Assembly: GCA_046594315.1 (NCBI GenBank)
Contig: JBKJTA010000041.1
Span: forward strand, 1-55,777
Length of the DNA: 55,777 nt
Source of the DNA: Aquihabitans sp.
GTDB taxonomy: Bacteria; Actinomycetota; Acidimicrobiia; Acidimicrobiales; Iamiaceae
Direction of reading: 5' to 3'
Shown: positions 1-8,969 of the stretch, one piece after another
Layout: each line of letters starts with the position of its first letter
Position numbering within the stretch: the stretch's first letter is position 1
Program-made: the position numbers and the translations under genes
Notes under the pieces: model-generated
What the model saw: the letters and a program-made list of their open reading frames with translations, nothing else
Told to the model about the DNA's origin: nothing
The model's database searches: none

Positions 1-944
1 CCGCCGTGCGCGACATGCTCCCGGTGCTCGAGAAGGTCATGCAGTCGACCCGCCCGCTGCTCATCATCGCTGAAGACATCGAGGGCGAGGCGCTCGCCAC
101 CCTCGTGGTGAACAAGATCCGCGGCACCTTCAAGAGCGCCGCCGTCAAGGCCCCCGGCTTCGGCGAGCGTCGCAAAGCCATGCTGCAGGACATCGCCATC
201 CTCACCGGTGGGCAGGTCATCTCCGAGGACGTCGGCCTCAAGCTCGACAACACCACGCTGGATCTGCTGGGCACGGCCAAGAAGATCATCATCACCAAGG
301 ACGAGACCACCATCGTCGAGGGTGGCGGCAACGCCGACGACGTCAAGGGTCGCATCACGCAGATCAAGAACGAGATCGAGAACACCGACTCGGACTACGA
401 CCGCGAGAAGCTCCAGGAGCGTCTGGCCAAGCTGTCGGGCGGCGTGGCCGTCCTCAAGGTCGGCGCCGCCACCGAGACGGAGCTCAAGGAAAAGAAGCAC
501 CGCATCGAAGACGCGGTCTCCACCGCGAAGGCAGCCATCGAAGAGGGTGTCGTGCCCGGCGGTGGCACCGCCCTCATCCGCTCGCAGGCCGCCATCCTCG
601 CCGCCGCCGCCGAGCTCGAGGGCGACGTCGCCCTCGGTGCGCTCATCGTGGCCCGCGCCGTCGAGGAGCCCCTGAAGCAGATCGCCATCAACGCCGGCCT
701 CGAGGGCGGCGTGGTGGTGGCTCGGGTCAAGGAGCTCACCGGCAACCAGGGCTACAACGCGGCCACCGACGAGTACGGCGAGCTGCTGCCGGCTGTGCCG
801 GACGCCGCCAAGGTGACCCGCTCGGCCCTGCAGAACGCCGCGTCGATCGCGGCGTTGTTCCTCACCACCGAGGCCGTCGTGGCCGACAAGCCCGAAGGTG
901 CCGGCGCCGGCGCTGGCATGGGTGGAGGCATGGAAGACTTCTGA
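1..944 (+). CDS. groEL: Chaperonin GroEL (3' part; gene begins before the window)
   Basis: [32 protein letters not shown] and EEGVVPGGG motifs; Gly/Met-rich C-terminal tail. Confidence 0.98.
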   Translation, partial: AVRDMLPVLEKVMQSTRPLLIIAEDIEGEALATLVVNKIRGTFKSAAVKAPGFGERRKAMLQDIAILTGGQVISEDVGLKLDNTTLDLLGTAKKIIITKDETTIVEGGGNADDVKGRITQIKNEIENTDSDYDREKLQERLAKLSGGVAVLKVGAATETELKEKKHRIEDAVSTAKAAIEEGVVPGGGTALIRSQAAILAAAAELEGDVALGALIVARAVEEPLKQIAINAGLEGGVVVARVKELTGNQGYNAATDEYGELLPAVPDAAKVTRSALQNAASIAALFLTTEAVVADKPEGAGAGAGMGGGMEDF

Positions 945-969
945 GCGGAGCTCAGATGTCCTGATTCGT

Positions 970-1001
970 GTGATGGCCGGTCCCTCGGGACCGGCCATCA
1001 C
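970..1001. terminator. Perfect 14-bp hairpin between convergent groEL and MFS genes (likely bidirectional terminator)
   Basis: GTGATGGCCGGTCC-ctcg-GGACCGGCCATCAC. Confidence 0.8.
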
Positions 1002-1022
1002 CGCGTCTCGGGCTAGAGCGGG

Positions 1023-2726
1023 CTAGAGCGGGTCCATCGACTCGAGGATCTCGGACTCGGACTCGTGTCTCGGGGGTGCGGGGGCTTTGGGGATGAGGAA
1101 CGAGAGGAGCGCGCCGATGAACACCACGGCGGTGCCGCTGAACAGGGCGAGGCGGGTGGCATGGGCGAGGGCGTGGCCCACGAGGCGGTCGAGCGTGGCG
1201 GCATCGGCCGGGTGGAGCCCCTTGGCCGGCGAGTAGCTGGGGCCCGCCGTGCGGACCTGGGCGATGGCCTGGTCGCGGGCGGCCGCCGGCACGGAACGGT
1301 CGGCACCGATGGCCGCCACGGCATGCAGCGTGGTCTGCACCGCAACGAGCGAGCCGATGACGGCGCCGCCGAGCGCGTTGCCGATCTGGCGGGCGGTGGA
1401 GTTGGCGCCGCTGGCCGATCCCGACTTGTCGACGGGAATCTCGGAGAGCACCACGCTCGTCAGCTGCGAGCTGGCCAAGCCGATGCCCGCGCCGAAGATC
1501 GAGAGCCCAGGCAGCAGGGAGACGAAGCTGAGGCCCGGCCGGATGGCCACGGCCACCATCACGCCGCCCACCGTCTCGAACACCAGCCCGAGCCGGGCCA
1601 CCTCCGTCGGGCTGATTCGGCGGGTGAGCCGCCCGCCCACCTGGGCGCCCAGGATCACGGCCAACCCCAGCGGGAGGAGCCACACCCCGTTCTGCTGGGC
1701 GGAGAGGTGCTCGGATTCCTGGAGGAAGAGCGGCAGCGCGAACAGCACGGTGAGCTGGCCCATGGCCAGGATCACCAGGGTGATGAGGCCGAACCGGAAG
1801 GTGCGGTGCTCGAGCAGGCCGAACTCGAACAGCGGGTTCTTCCCGTGCCGTTCCTTGGCTCGTTCCACCACCACGAAGGCGGCGAGCACGGCGATTCCCA
1901 GCACCAGGGCCACCACCGTGATCGACATGCGCCGCTCGGCGGACCACGGCTCCCAGCTCCCCACGGTGAACGGCTGGATCGGGCGGAACCAGCCGTACAC
2001 ACCGCCCTGGCTGAGTGCGAACACCAGCAGGAACAGGCCCACGGCCACGAGTGCGGCGCCCGGGAGGTCCAGCTTCGTCCGGGGACCGGCTCGTGAGCCC
2101 CGTCGCATGAAGAACACGGCGCCCAACACCGCGAGGGGAGCAACCACCACGTTGATGCGGAACGACCATCGCCAGGAGTAGTTCGTGGTGAGGAAGCCGC
2201 CGAGCAGCGGGCCGAACGCCACGGCCGCTCCGGTGGTGGCACCCCAGGCGGCGAAGGCGGTGGCCCGTTCCCGGCCTTGGAACGTGGTCGACAAGATGGC
2301 GAGGGTGGCGGGAAGCATGAGCGATGCGCCGATCCCTTCGATCACCGCCTCGCCGAGCACGAGCATGCCCACCGATTGCGCCAGCGAGGCCAGGAGTGAG
2401 CCCAGGCCGAAGAGGGTGACGCCGATGATGAAGAGCCGGCGGTGGCCGTAGGTGTCGCCGAGTTGCCCGCCGATGATGAGGAGGCTGGCGAAGGTGAGCG
2501 AATAGCCGGTGATCACCCACTGGAGGCTCGGGACCGTGGTGTGGAGCTCGCGCAGGATGGTGGGGATCGAGACGTTGAGGACGGAGATGTCGACGGCGAT
2601 CAACACCACCGCGGTGATCACGATGCCGAGCGTGATCCAGCGCTGCGGATCGGGCTCCCCCGACAACGGCTCCCACACCGCGTGCCGGTCGGCAGCGGTC
2701 TGGGTGTCGGCGGCGATGGCATCCAC
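1023..2726 (-). CDS. MFS drug efflux transporter, DHA2 (EmrB/QacA) family; start approximate
   Basis: DISVLNVSIP, WVITGYSL, GQLGDTYGHRR motif A, GPLLGGFLT and WRWSFRIN; about 14 hydrophobic segments. The ORF-track N-terminal extension is antisense to the next gene. Confidence 0.9.
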   Translation of the reverse strand: MDAIAADTQTAADRHAVWEPLSGEPDPQRWITLGIVITAVVLIAVDISVLNVSIPTILRELHTTVPSLQWVITGYSLTFASLLIIGGQLGDTYGHRRLFIIGVTLFGLGSLLASLAQSVGMLVLGEAVIEGIGASLMLPATLAILSTTFQGRERATAFAAWGATTGAAVAFGPLLGGFLTTNYSWRWSFRINVVVAPLAVLGAVFFMRRGSRAGPRTKLDLPGAALVAVGLFLLVFALSQGGVYGWFRPIQPFTVGSWEPWSAERRMSITVVALVLGIAVLAAFVVVERAKERHGKNPLFEFGLLEHRTFRFGLITLVILAMGQLTVLFALPLFLQESEHLSAQQNGVWLLPLGLAVILGAQVGGRLTRRISPTEVARLGLVFETVGGVMVAVAIRPGLSFVSLLPGLSIFGAGIGLASSQLTSVVLSEIPVDKSGSASGANSTARQIGNALGGAVIGSLVAVQTTLHAVAAIGADRSVPAAARDQAIAQVRTAGPSYSPAKGLHPADAATLDRLVGHALAHATRLALFSGTAVVFIGALLSFLIPKAPAPPRHESESEILESMDPL

Positions 2727-2987
2727 GGCGGGCTCGGCTTCGGAGCGAGGGTCGGTCGGCACGATAGGCGGCGTCTCGGCGCATTCCGCCGCCCTCACCG
2801 CCCGCCTGGCGCTTCTACACGCACCACGAGTCCCGATTGGGCCGAAACGGCCAGAAGAACGACCCGCCTGGCCCACCTGACGGCCAGTAGTCGGTTCTCC
2901 TTGCTCCAGCAGTCCCGTCGGAACCCGTGGCCGGGTGGGTCGGGGTTCGGGCCACGATGGGGGCTCGTTGGTGGGGGAGGGAGTGCT

Positions 2988-3689
2988 GTGCAGATCGATC
3001 GGTGTGAGCTGGTGGGCCTCGACGAGGTGGATTCGCAACGACCGGTGGTCGAGGACGTGGTGGTGGTGATCGACGTGATCCGTGCCTTCACGACAGCGGT
3101 CGCGGCATTCGAGGCCGGTGCCGCCGAGCTCCGCTGCGTGGCCGGACTCGACGAGGCCCGAACCCTGGCCGCCGGCCTCCCGGGCGCACGGCTGATCGGC
3201 GAGGAGCACGGGAAGCGGCCCGACGGGTTCGACGGCGGCAATTCCCCCGTCGACCTGGAGGCCCTCGACCTCTCGGGCCGCACGGTCGTGCAGCGCACCA
3301 CCAACGGCACCCGAGGCCTGGCCCGATTCGCCACAGCCCCGATCCTGCTCGCGGCAGCCGCCGTCAACGCCCCGGCCACGGCTGCGTGGATCCGGGCGCG
3401 AGACCCCCGCTCGGTGTTGCTGGTGGGCACCGGACTGCTCCCTGAGGACCTGGCCTGCGCCGCGTTCATCGCCGAGCTGGTGTCCGGCCGACAGCCCGAT
3501 CCCGACGGTCTCGCGGCAGCCGTGTGGGCCACCGGAGCCGATCACCGGGCAGGCTGGTCCCGCGCCCGCCCCGATCACGCCGCCGCGTTCGACCGAGACC
3601 TCGCCGCCTGCGCAGCGGTAGGCACCTCGGACCTCGTCCTCCGCGGCCGCCCGCTCGACACTGCAGTCGTCCTCAGCGCATCGGGCTGA
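2988..3689 (+). CDS. 2-phosphosulfolactate phosphatase (ComB) family protein
   Basis: VVIDVIRAFTT, GFDGGNSP, TTNGT and EDLACA motifs; GGAGG upstream of GTG. Confidence 0.85.
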   Translation: MQIDRCELVGLDEVDSQRPVVEDVVVVIDVIRAFTTAVAAFEAGAAELRCVAGLDEARTLAAGLPGARLIGEEHGKRPDGFDGGNSPVDLEALDLSGRTVVQRTTNGTRGLARFATAPILLAAAAVNAPATAAWIRARDPRSVLLVGTGLLPEDLACAAFIAELVSGRQPDPDGLAAAVWATGADHRAGWSRARPDHAAAFDRDLAACAAVGTSDLVLRGRPLDTAVVLSASG

Positions 3690-3782
3690 TTCTCAGGAGC
3701 CGAGGAGGATCAGCTGTCCAGTACTCCGGAGGCCGAGTCTGGCGCGTCCTTGGCGGGCGCTCGGGCCCGTACCTTTCTCCCG

Positions 3783-4230
3783 ATGGCAGCACGGGTGGAC
3801 CGGGTCATCTTCGATTGCGACGGGGTCATGGGCCTTTCACAACGAACTGGTTCCGGTGGACGGCATCGCGGTGGCTCTGGATGCGATCGCCATCCCCACG
3901 TGCGTGGCAACGAGCGGCGCCCACGACAAGCTCCGTTTCACCTCGGGCTGACCGCCCTTTATCCACAGTTCGAAGGTCGGATATTCAGCAGACCGAGGTC
4001 GCCAATGGCAAGCCCGCGCCCGACCTATTCCTGCATGCGGCCGGGCAATGCGGTGTCGCCCCTGAGCGGTGTGTCGTCGTGGAGGACAGCCGATCGGGTG
4101 GTGGAAGCAGCGCGCGGCCGGGACGCGGGCCTTCGGCTACGCCGGCGGACTGACTCCGCCAGCGTGGTCGAGGGTCCCGACACCGTGGTGTTCACTGAAT
4201 TGGCGGACCTGACAGGATTGCTCCAGACGT
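3783..4230 (+). pseudogene. Degraded HAD-IA hydrolase (frameshifts, internal deletion); end approximate
   Basis: VIFDCDGV, TCVATSG, FEGRIFS, GKPAPDLFLHAA and VVEDS motifs lie in order but across different frames; the cap region after motif I is missing. Confidence 0.8.
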
Positions 4231-4295
4231 CGGCCGATGGTGCCGATGGAGCGCATTGCCGCGCCTGGATTCCGAGTGCGCACGGCGCCTCGGTG

Positions 4296-4742
4296 TCAAG
4301 CAGGGCTGAAGGTCACGCTCTCCGAGGCCAGCTGGCAGTCCTCATCGATGAACTCGCCTGGGTTCGTGCAGGCGTTGATGGCGACAGCGAATTTCCCATT
4401 CATGTCGGAGCCGGGAGGAAAGGTGACTTCCCAGGTCTTCGTCCAGATCTTCGGGTTGGTCTGGCAGGTGTCGTTCGCCTCGGCGCCGGTAACTGCAACT
4501 CCTCCGGGTGGCGTGACCGAGAGGAACAGGTCCAGAGGCTCCTTGCTCGAGGTGCTGCCTCCCGAGCAGGCCAGGATGCCTGACATGGTCAGGAACGTGA
4601 CGGTCAGGCCCAATTGCTCTTCGGTCCGATAGGTCCCGGTCTTGCGGACGGTGAAGTCGATATCGAGCTGTGGAGTCGGCAAACAGGCCACTCCGATGAT
4701 CGCTACGAGCGCGATCGGTGTCAATGTCTTGATCAGTTTCAC
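4296..4742 (-). CDS. Hypothetical secreted lipoprotein (148 aa)
   Basis: GTG start, basic N-terminus, hydrophobic stretch ending IIGVAC, four further Cys, beta-rich composition. Confidence 0.65.
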   Translation of the reverse strand: MKLIKTLTPIALVAIIGVACLPTPQLDIDFTVRKTGTYRTEEQLGLTVTFLTMSGILACSGGSTSSKEPLDLFLSVTPPGGVAVTGAEANDTCQTNPKIWTKTWEVTFPPGSDMNGKFAVAINACTNPGEFIDEDCQLASESVTFSPA

Positions 4743-4949
4743 TGTCCCGTCACCCTTCCGGGCCGCCGGTGCGAATCCCGCTCGGGCAACATAGCGTTTT
4801 TTCACCCGTTCGAGCCACCCCCATAGGGCGTAATTCATTTCGCCCTGGGCGGCCGGATGGGATGTCGTGCAGCCGGGCAAGTTGCATCGATCGGTTGATG
4901 ACTGGGTCGATACCGATGAGTTCTGCTGACCTGGGAGGTCCAAGGACAT

Positions 4950-5228
4950 ATGGAATCGAAGAACCTGGCTGACCTGTACGACCTGCCACCACTGGCGTGG
5001 GAAGGCGTGATCCGGCGGCTCGATGAGGGGGTGTCGCAGGCGCCTGACACCGGCGGCCCAGACCGACACACCTGTTGGTTGGCCACCATCGACCCCGACT
5101 TCAGTGCCCCTTCGGCCGGGCCCTCGCCCTGGCACGTCTACCGGATCGCAGCCCACCGGGTAACCGCCCTGGCCACGATCGAACCCGGCGGTGCCACCCG
5201 CTGGACCTTCGACCCCTCCGAGGCCTGA
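4950..5228 (+). pseudogene. Internally deleted pyridoxamine 5'-phosphate oxidase-like (split-barrel) gene
   Basis: The N-terminal part (..GGPDRHTCWLATIDPD) is joined in frame directly to the C-terminal part (FSAPSAGP..EPGGATRW); the central core I recall for this family is absent. Confidence 0.65.
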
Positions 5229-5532
5229 CCGCCGCTCCACCTGGCCGCCGTAGTTTGGATCAGTCGAGGGCTTGGCGGGCGAAGGTGGTAGCGAAGAAAG
5301 CCGGCAACCCGTTTCATGGCCGGACCGTGGCGGCCCCCGCCCCGCCCGAGCCCGGAAACGGTGGGCGGTGCCCCGTCCGAGGGCCTGACGGGATGACTCA
5401 ACGGCCAGATCGGTGAACGCTCGTTGACACGGCGTTCATGCCGGGGTGAAGGCCCGGACACCCGCTGGATCTACCGTGGGCCCCATCTCAGGGGAACGCG
5501 CCGGCAGGGGCGCGCGACGAGGAGTTGCCGCC

Positions 5533-6543
5533 ATGGCCAGCAGACGACGAAGTGAACCTTCTGTCGACACCACCACCCGGTTCGTCGAGATCCACGGGCA
5601 CACGCGGGCCTACCGGATCTGCGGTCGGGGCCCTGCCCTGCTCCTGCTCCACGGGATCGGTGACAGCTCGGCCAGCTGGGTGCCGCTCATGCGGCCCCTC
5701 GCCGAACACTTCACGGTGATCGCCCCGGACATGCTCGGGCACGGTGAGTCGGCCAAGCCCCGGGCCGACTACTCGGTGGCCGCCTACGCCAATGGGATGC
5801 GCGACCTGCTCGATGTGTTGGGCATCGACAAGGCCACGGTGGTGGGCCATTCACTCGGCGGGGGTGTGGCGGCCCAGCTCGCCTACCAGCACCCCACCCG
5901 TGTCGAGCGGCTGGTGCTGGTGTCGAGCGGGGGCGTGGCGCGCGAGGTCAGTCCGTTCCTGCGCATGGCCTCGACGCCCCTGGCCGACGTGGTCCTCCCG
6001 TTCCTGCGCCTGCCCCCGGCCCGGGTGGTGGCCATCGCCGGCATCGAGATCCTGCGTCGAAGCGGCACGGACCTCGGTCGAGACGCCGAGGAGCTCGGGC
6101 GGGTGCTCGATGCGCTTCCCGACATGGCCGCCCGTGGTGCCTTCAGCCGCACCCTCCGCTCGGTGGTGGATTGGCGGGGCCAGGTGGTGACCATGCTCGA
6201 CCGCAGCTATCTCACCGAGGCCATGGCGGTCCTGCTCGTGTGGGGCGCCCACGACGCCGTCATCCCGGTGACCCACGCCCACATCGCCCACGCCGCCATG
6301 CCCGGAAGCGAGCTCGTGCTCTTCGACGAGGCCGGCCACTTCCCGCATCACCAAGACCCGGACCGGTTCGTCGAGGTGCTGCTGGCCTTCGTCGAGAGCA
6401 CCGACGCCGTGCGGTTCGACCGCACCCGTTGGCGCCGCCTGCTTCGCGAAGGTCGGCCCCGCCCGAGTGCTGATGCAGGCGACGAGGGCGTGCCCCCGCG
6501 CCACCTCGAAGTGGTTCCGGACACCGCGTCGGCCTCCGGCTGA
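5533..6543 (+). CDS. Alpha/beta fold hydrolase
   Basis: LLHGIG, GHSLGG nucleophile elbow, WGAHD and AGHFPH; GGAG RBS. Confidence 0.92.
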   Translation: MASRRRSEPSVDTTTRFVEIHGHTRAYRICGRGPALLLLHGIGDSSASWVPLMRPLAEHFTVIAPDMLGHGESAKPRADYSVAAYANGMRDLLDVLGIDKATVVGHSLGGGVAAQLAYQHPTRVERLVLVSSGGVAREVSPFLRMASTPLADVVLPFLRLPPARVVAIAGIEILRRSGTDLGRDAEELGRVLDALPDMAARGAFSRTLRSVVDWRGQVVTMLDRSYLTEAMAVLLVWGAHDAVIPVTHAHIAHAAMPGSELVLFDEAGHFPHHQDPDRFVEVLLAFVESTDAVRFDRTRWRRLLREGRPRPSADAGDEGVPPRHLEVVPDTASASG

Positions 6544-6558
6544 GCCCTGTTCCCCTGA

Positions 6559-8580
6559 TCAGCGGGACGGGTGAGGCAGGCCCAACCGGTCGAGGGTGTA
6601 GCGGGCCACCACGACGCCGCCGGCACCGGTGTAGTGGAGCCCATCGGAGCGCAGCTCGGCCTGGCCGCCGCTGCGGGTGGTGATGGTTTGCTTGCAGCGG
6701 CCCTGGTCGCCGCAGACGAGGTGCGCGAGGTCCACCACCGTGGCGCCGGTGGCCCGTGCTGCGGCGCGGATGGTCCGGTTGCGACAGTCGACCTCGGGGA
6801 ACCGGCCGTCGGCGTCGGACAGGCTCTCGAGGTAGGCGATGGTGGTGATGCCGACTCGTGGCCCATCGGTCTGCAGGAGGCGGATGGCTCGCTCGTACTC
6901 GGCCCGGGCGACGCGGTCGTAGGTGGGGTCGCAGTCCTTGCGCCACTCGCCCGCCACCCAGCGGGCCGACCCGCCCGGCGCCACGGTGAAGATGAGGGCC
7001 ACATCGGGGCGAATGTCGTGCACGTCCGAGGCCCACCGCACCGGCCACTGATCACAGCCAACCGGGTCGTGGATGACCTCTCCGTTCTGGCGACGGGTCC
7101 GCCCATCACCCGGCACGATCCCGCACGCCGGCGTGCCCCGGTTGACCTCGTCGACCCGACGCCCCGGAGCCACCAGGTTCATCGAGTTCCGGATCGCCCA
7201 GGCCCCGGAATCGCCCACCGTGAGGAGCCGGGTCCGGCCGGCGACCAGCGGCGGGATGGCGTCGTCGGCGACCTTGAGCTCGCCCCGCACCCGGTCGCCC
7301 ACCCCGATGGGCGTGACCGCCCCTTGGCTGGCCCAGAACATGAGGGCGATGACCGAGGCGACCGCGATCGGCGTGGCCAAACGCATGGGCCAGCCCCGGC
7401 CGAGGCCGTGCCGGATCGGCCGCTCGAACAGCCAGTAGGAGGCGATGGCCAGGGTCAGGCTGATGCCGAGGCGCGCCGCCAGGAGGCCGTGGTCGTACCA
7501 GCCGGTGCGGCCGGGGGTGAAGAAGATGATGACGGGCCAGTGCCAGAGATAGAGGCCGTAGGAGATGAGGCCGAGCCAGCGCAGCGGCGCGAACGACAGC
7601 GCCCACGCCACCGGCCCGCGCACGGGGTGGCTCACCGCAGCCAGCACGATCGTGGCCGCCAGCCCGCACAGCAGGAGGCCACCGTGGTAGAGCCGCGGGT
7701 CGGTGCCGGCCAGATGGAGCCAGGCCCAGGCCAGACCGGCCACGCTGACGATCGCGGCCCCCTCGAGCACGACTCGGGCCCAGCGCTGCACGACCGCACC
7801 GAACCGGGCACTGCCGATGGCGAACGCAGCCCCGAACAGGATGGCTGCGGCTCGGGTGTCGGTCCCGAAGTAGACCCGGTTGGCGTCGCTGGAGCCCTGG
7901 TAGCGCAGCAGGGCGGTGGCGCCGGACGCCACCGCGAGGGCTGCGGTGATGGCCAGATAACGGTTCAACCCCGAGCGCGCCTCGGCCTCGCTGGGCGGCC
8001 CGGTGGGTGCTGCTTCGCCGCTCGCGGTCGCCCCGAGGCGCCGTTGTCGGCGGCGGCCCCACCACAGCAGCAGGCCCACCGTGACCAGCGGCCAGACCAC
8101 ATAGAATTGCTCCTCGATGGCCAGGCTCCACGTGTGTTCCAGCGGTGACGGCCGGGCGAACAGGTCCCAGTAGTCGGTGCCGGCCGCCACCGACCGCCAG
8201 TTGGCCACGTAGAAGAGGGTGGCGAGGCCGTCTCGACGGACCTGCTCGAAGGTGGTGTTCGAGGCCCATTGCCGGGTGGCCAGCGCAACCGCGGCCAGTA
8301 CCAGGAGCACGGCGGGCACCAGGCGCCGGGCTCGTCGCACCCAGAAGACCTTGAGGTCGATCCGGCCCCGGGCCCGCCATTCCGCCACCAGGAGACTGGT
8401 GATCAGGAACCCGGACAGGGTGAAGAACAGGTCGACCCCGAGATAGCCGCCGGTGGTGAGACCGAGGTGGAACGCCACCACAGCTGCGACCGCCGCCCCG
8501 CGGAGCCCGTCGAGGGCCGGCAGGTGCGCAATGCGCACGCGGGCACCCTCGACGGGAGCGGGGTTGGTGGCCGTGGACAA
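6559..8580 (-). CDS. Acyltransferase-3 plus SGNH domain O-acyltransferase (OatA/OafA-like)
   Basis: LDGLRG, GYLGVDLFF, RRARRL, HTWSLAIEEQFY and SYGLYLWHWP; C-terminal GDS and DGLH; TAAGCT 7 nt upstream of the TTG start. Confidence 0.92.
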   Translation of the reverse strand: MSTATNPAPVEGARVRIAHLPALDGLRGAAVAAVVAFHLGLTTGGYLGVDLFFTLSGFLITSLLVAEWRARGRIDLKVFWVRRARRLVPAVLLVLAAVALATRQWASNTTFEQVRRDGLATLFYVANWRSVAAGTDYWDLFARPSPLEHTWSLAIEEQFYVVWPLVTVGLLLWWGRRRQRRLGATASGEAAPTGPPSEAEARSGLNRYLAITAALAVASGATALLRYQGSSDANRVYFGTDTRAAAILFGAAFAIGSARFGAVVQRWARVVLEGAAIVSVAGLAWAWLHLAGTDPRLYHGGLLLCGLAATIVLAAVSHPVRGPVAWALSFAPLRWLGLISYGLYLWHWPVIIFFTPGRTGWYDHGLLAARLGISLTLAIASYWLFERPIRHGLGRGWPMRLATPIAVASVIALMFWASQGAVTPIGVGDRVRGELKVADDAIPPLVAGRTRLLTVGDSGAWAIRNSMNLVAPGRRVDEVNRGTPACGIVPGDGRTRRQNGEVIHDPVGCDQWPVRWASDVHDIRPDVALIFTVAPGGSARWVAGEWRKDCDPTYDRVARAEYERAIRLLQTDGPRVGITTIAYLESLSDADGRFPEVDCRNRTIRAAARATGATVVDLAHLVCGDQGRCKQTITTRSGGQAELRSDGLHYTGAGGVVVARYTLDRLGLPHPSR

Positions 8581-8637
8581 GGGGTCGAGCTTACGTGGCG
8601 TCCCCTGGAGGCCTCCCGTCGGGGCCTGACCGATGCG

Positions 8638-8913
8638 TCAGTTCCCGCCTGCCGCCATGATGTCGGCGTTGATGCGCTCGACCCGCTGACGGAGCTCGTC
8701 GAGCTCGGCCTTGACCGTCTGCAGGGTCCGAGAGGTCTGCGGCCAGGCCCCGCGGAACTGGCTGGCCAGGCTGCCGTCCCACACGTCGGGCTGGCAGAGC
8801 TGGCGGCCCTGCTGGTCGAGCTGCGCGATCTGGTCGGCCAGGCCCCCGTTGATGATCGACGACATGGACGCGATGGCGGACCGGGCGGCGTCGGTGGACA
8901 GGACTCGGGGCAT
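8638..8913 (-). CDS. WXG100 (ESAT-6-like) protein, 91 aa
   Basis: Central VWDG motif between two predicted helices; strong AGGAGG RBS; directly downstream of an FtsK ATPase. Confidence 0.85.
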   Translation of the reverse strand: MPRVLSTDAARSAIASMSSIINGGLADQIAQLDQQGRQLCQPDVWDGSLASQFRGAWPQTSRTLQTVKAELDELRQRVERINADIMAAGGN

Positions 8914-8924
8914 GGCTGCCTCCT

Positions 8925-8966
8925 GAAAGGTTGACAATGAAGAATAATGAAAATACATGAAAAGTA
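8925..8966 (-). promoter_or_regulatory. AT-rich element with three phased direct repeats upstream of the WXG100 gene
   Basis: ATGAA (+ strand) at 8937, 8947 and 8957, an exact 10-bp period; TATTCT/TACTTT -10 candidates on the minus strand. Confidence 0.55.
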
Positions 8967-8969
8967 GGC

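Noticed and set aside
8931-8959. TTGACA on the plus strand as an antisense promoter into the ATPase gene
   Set aside because: The hexamer at 17-nt spacing (TACATG) lacks the conserved final T; support is insufficient.
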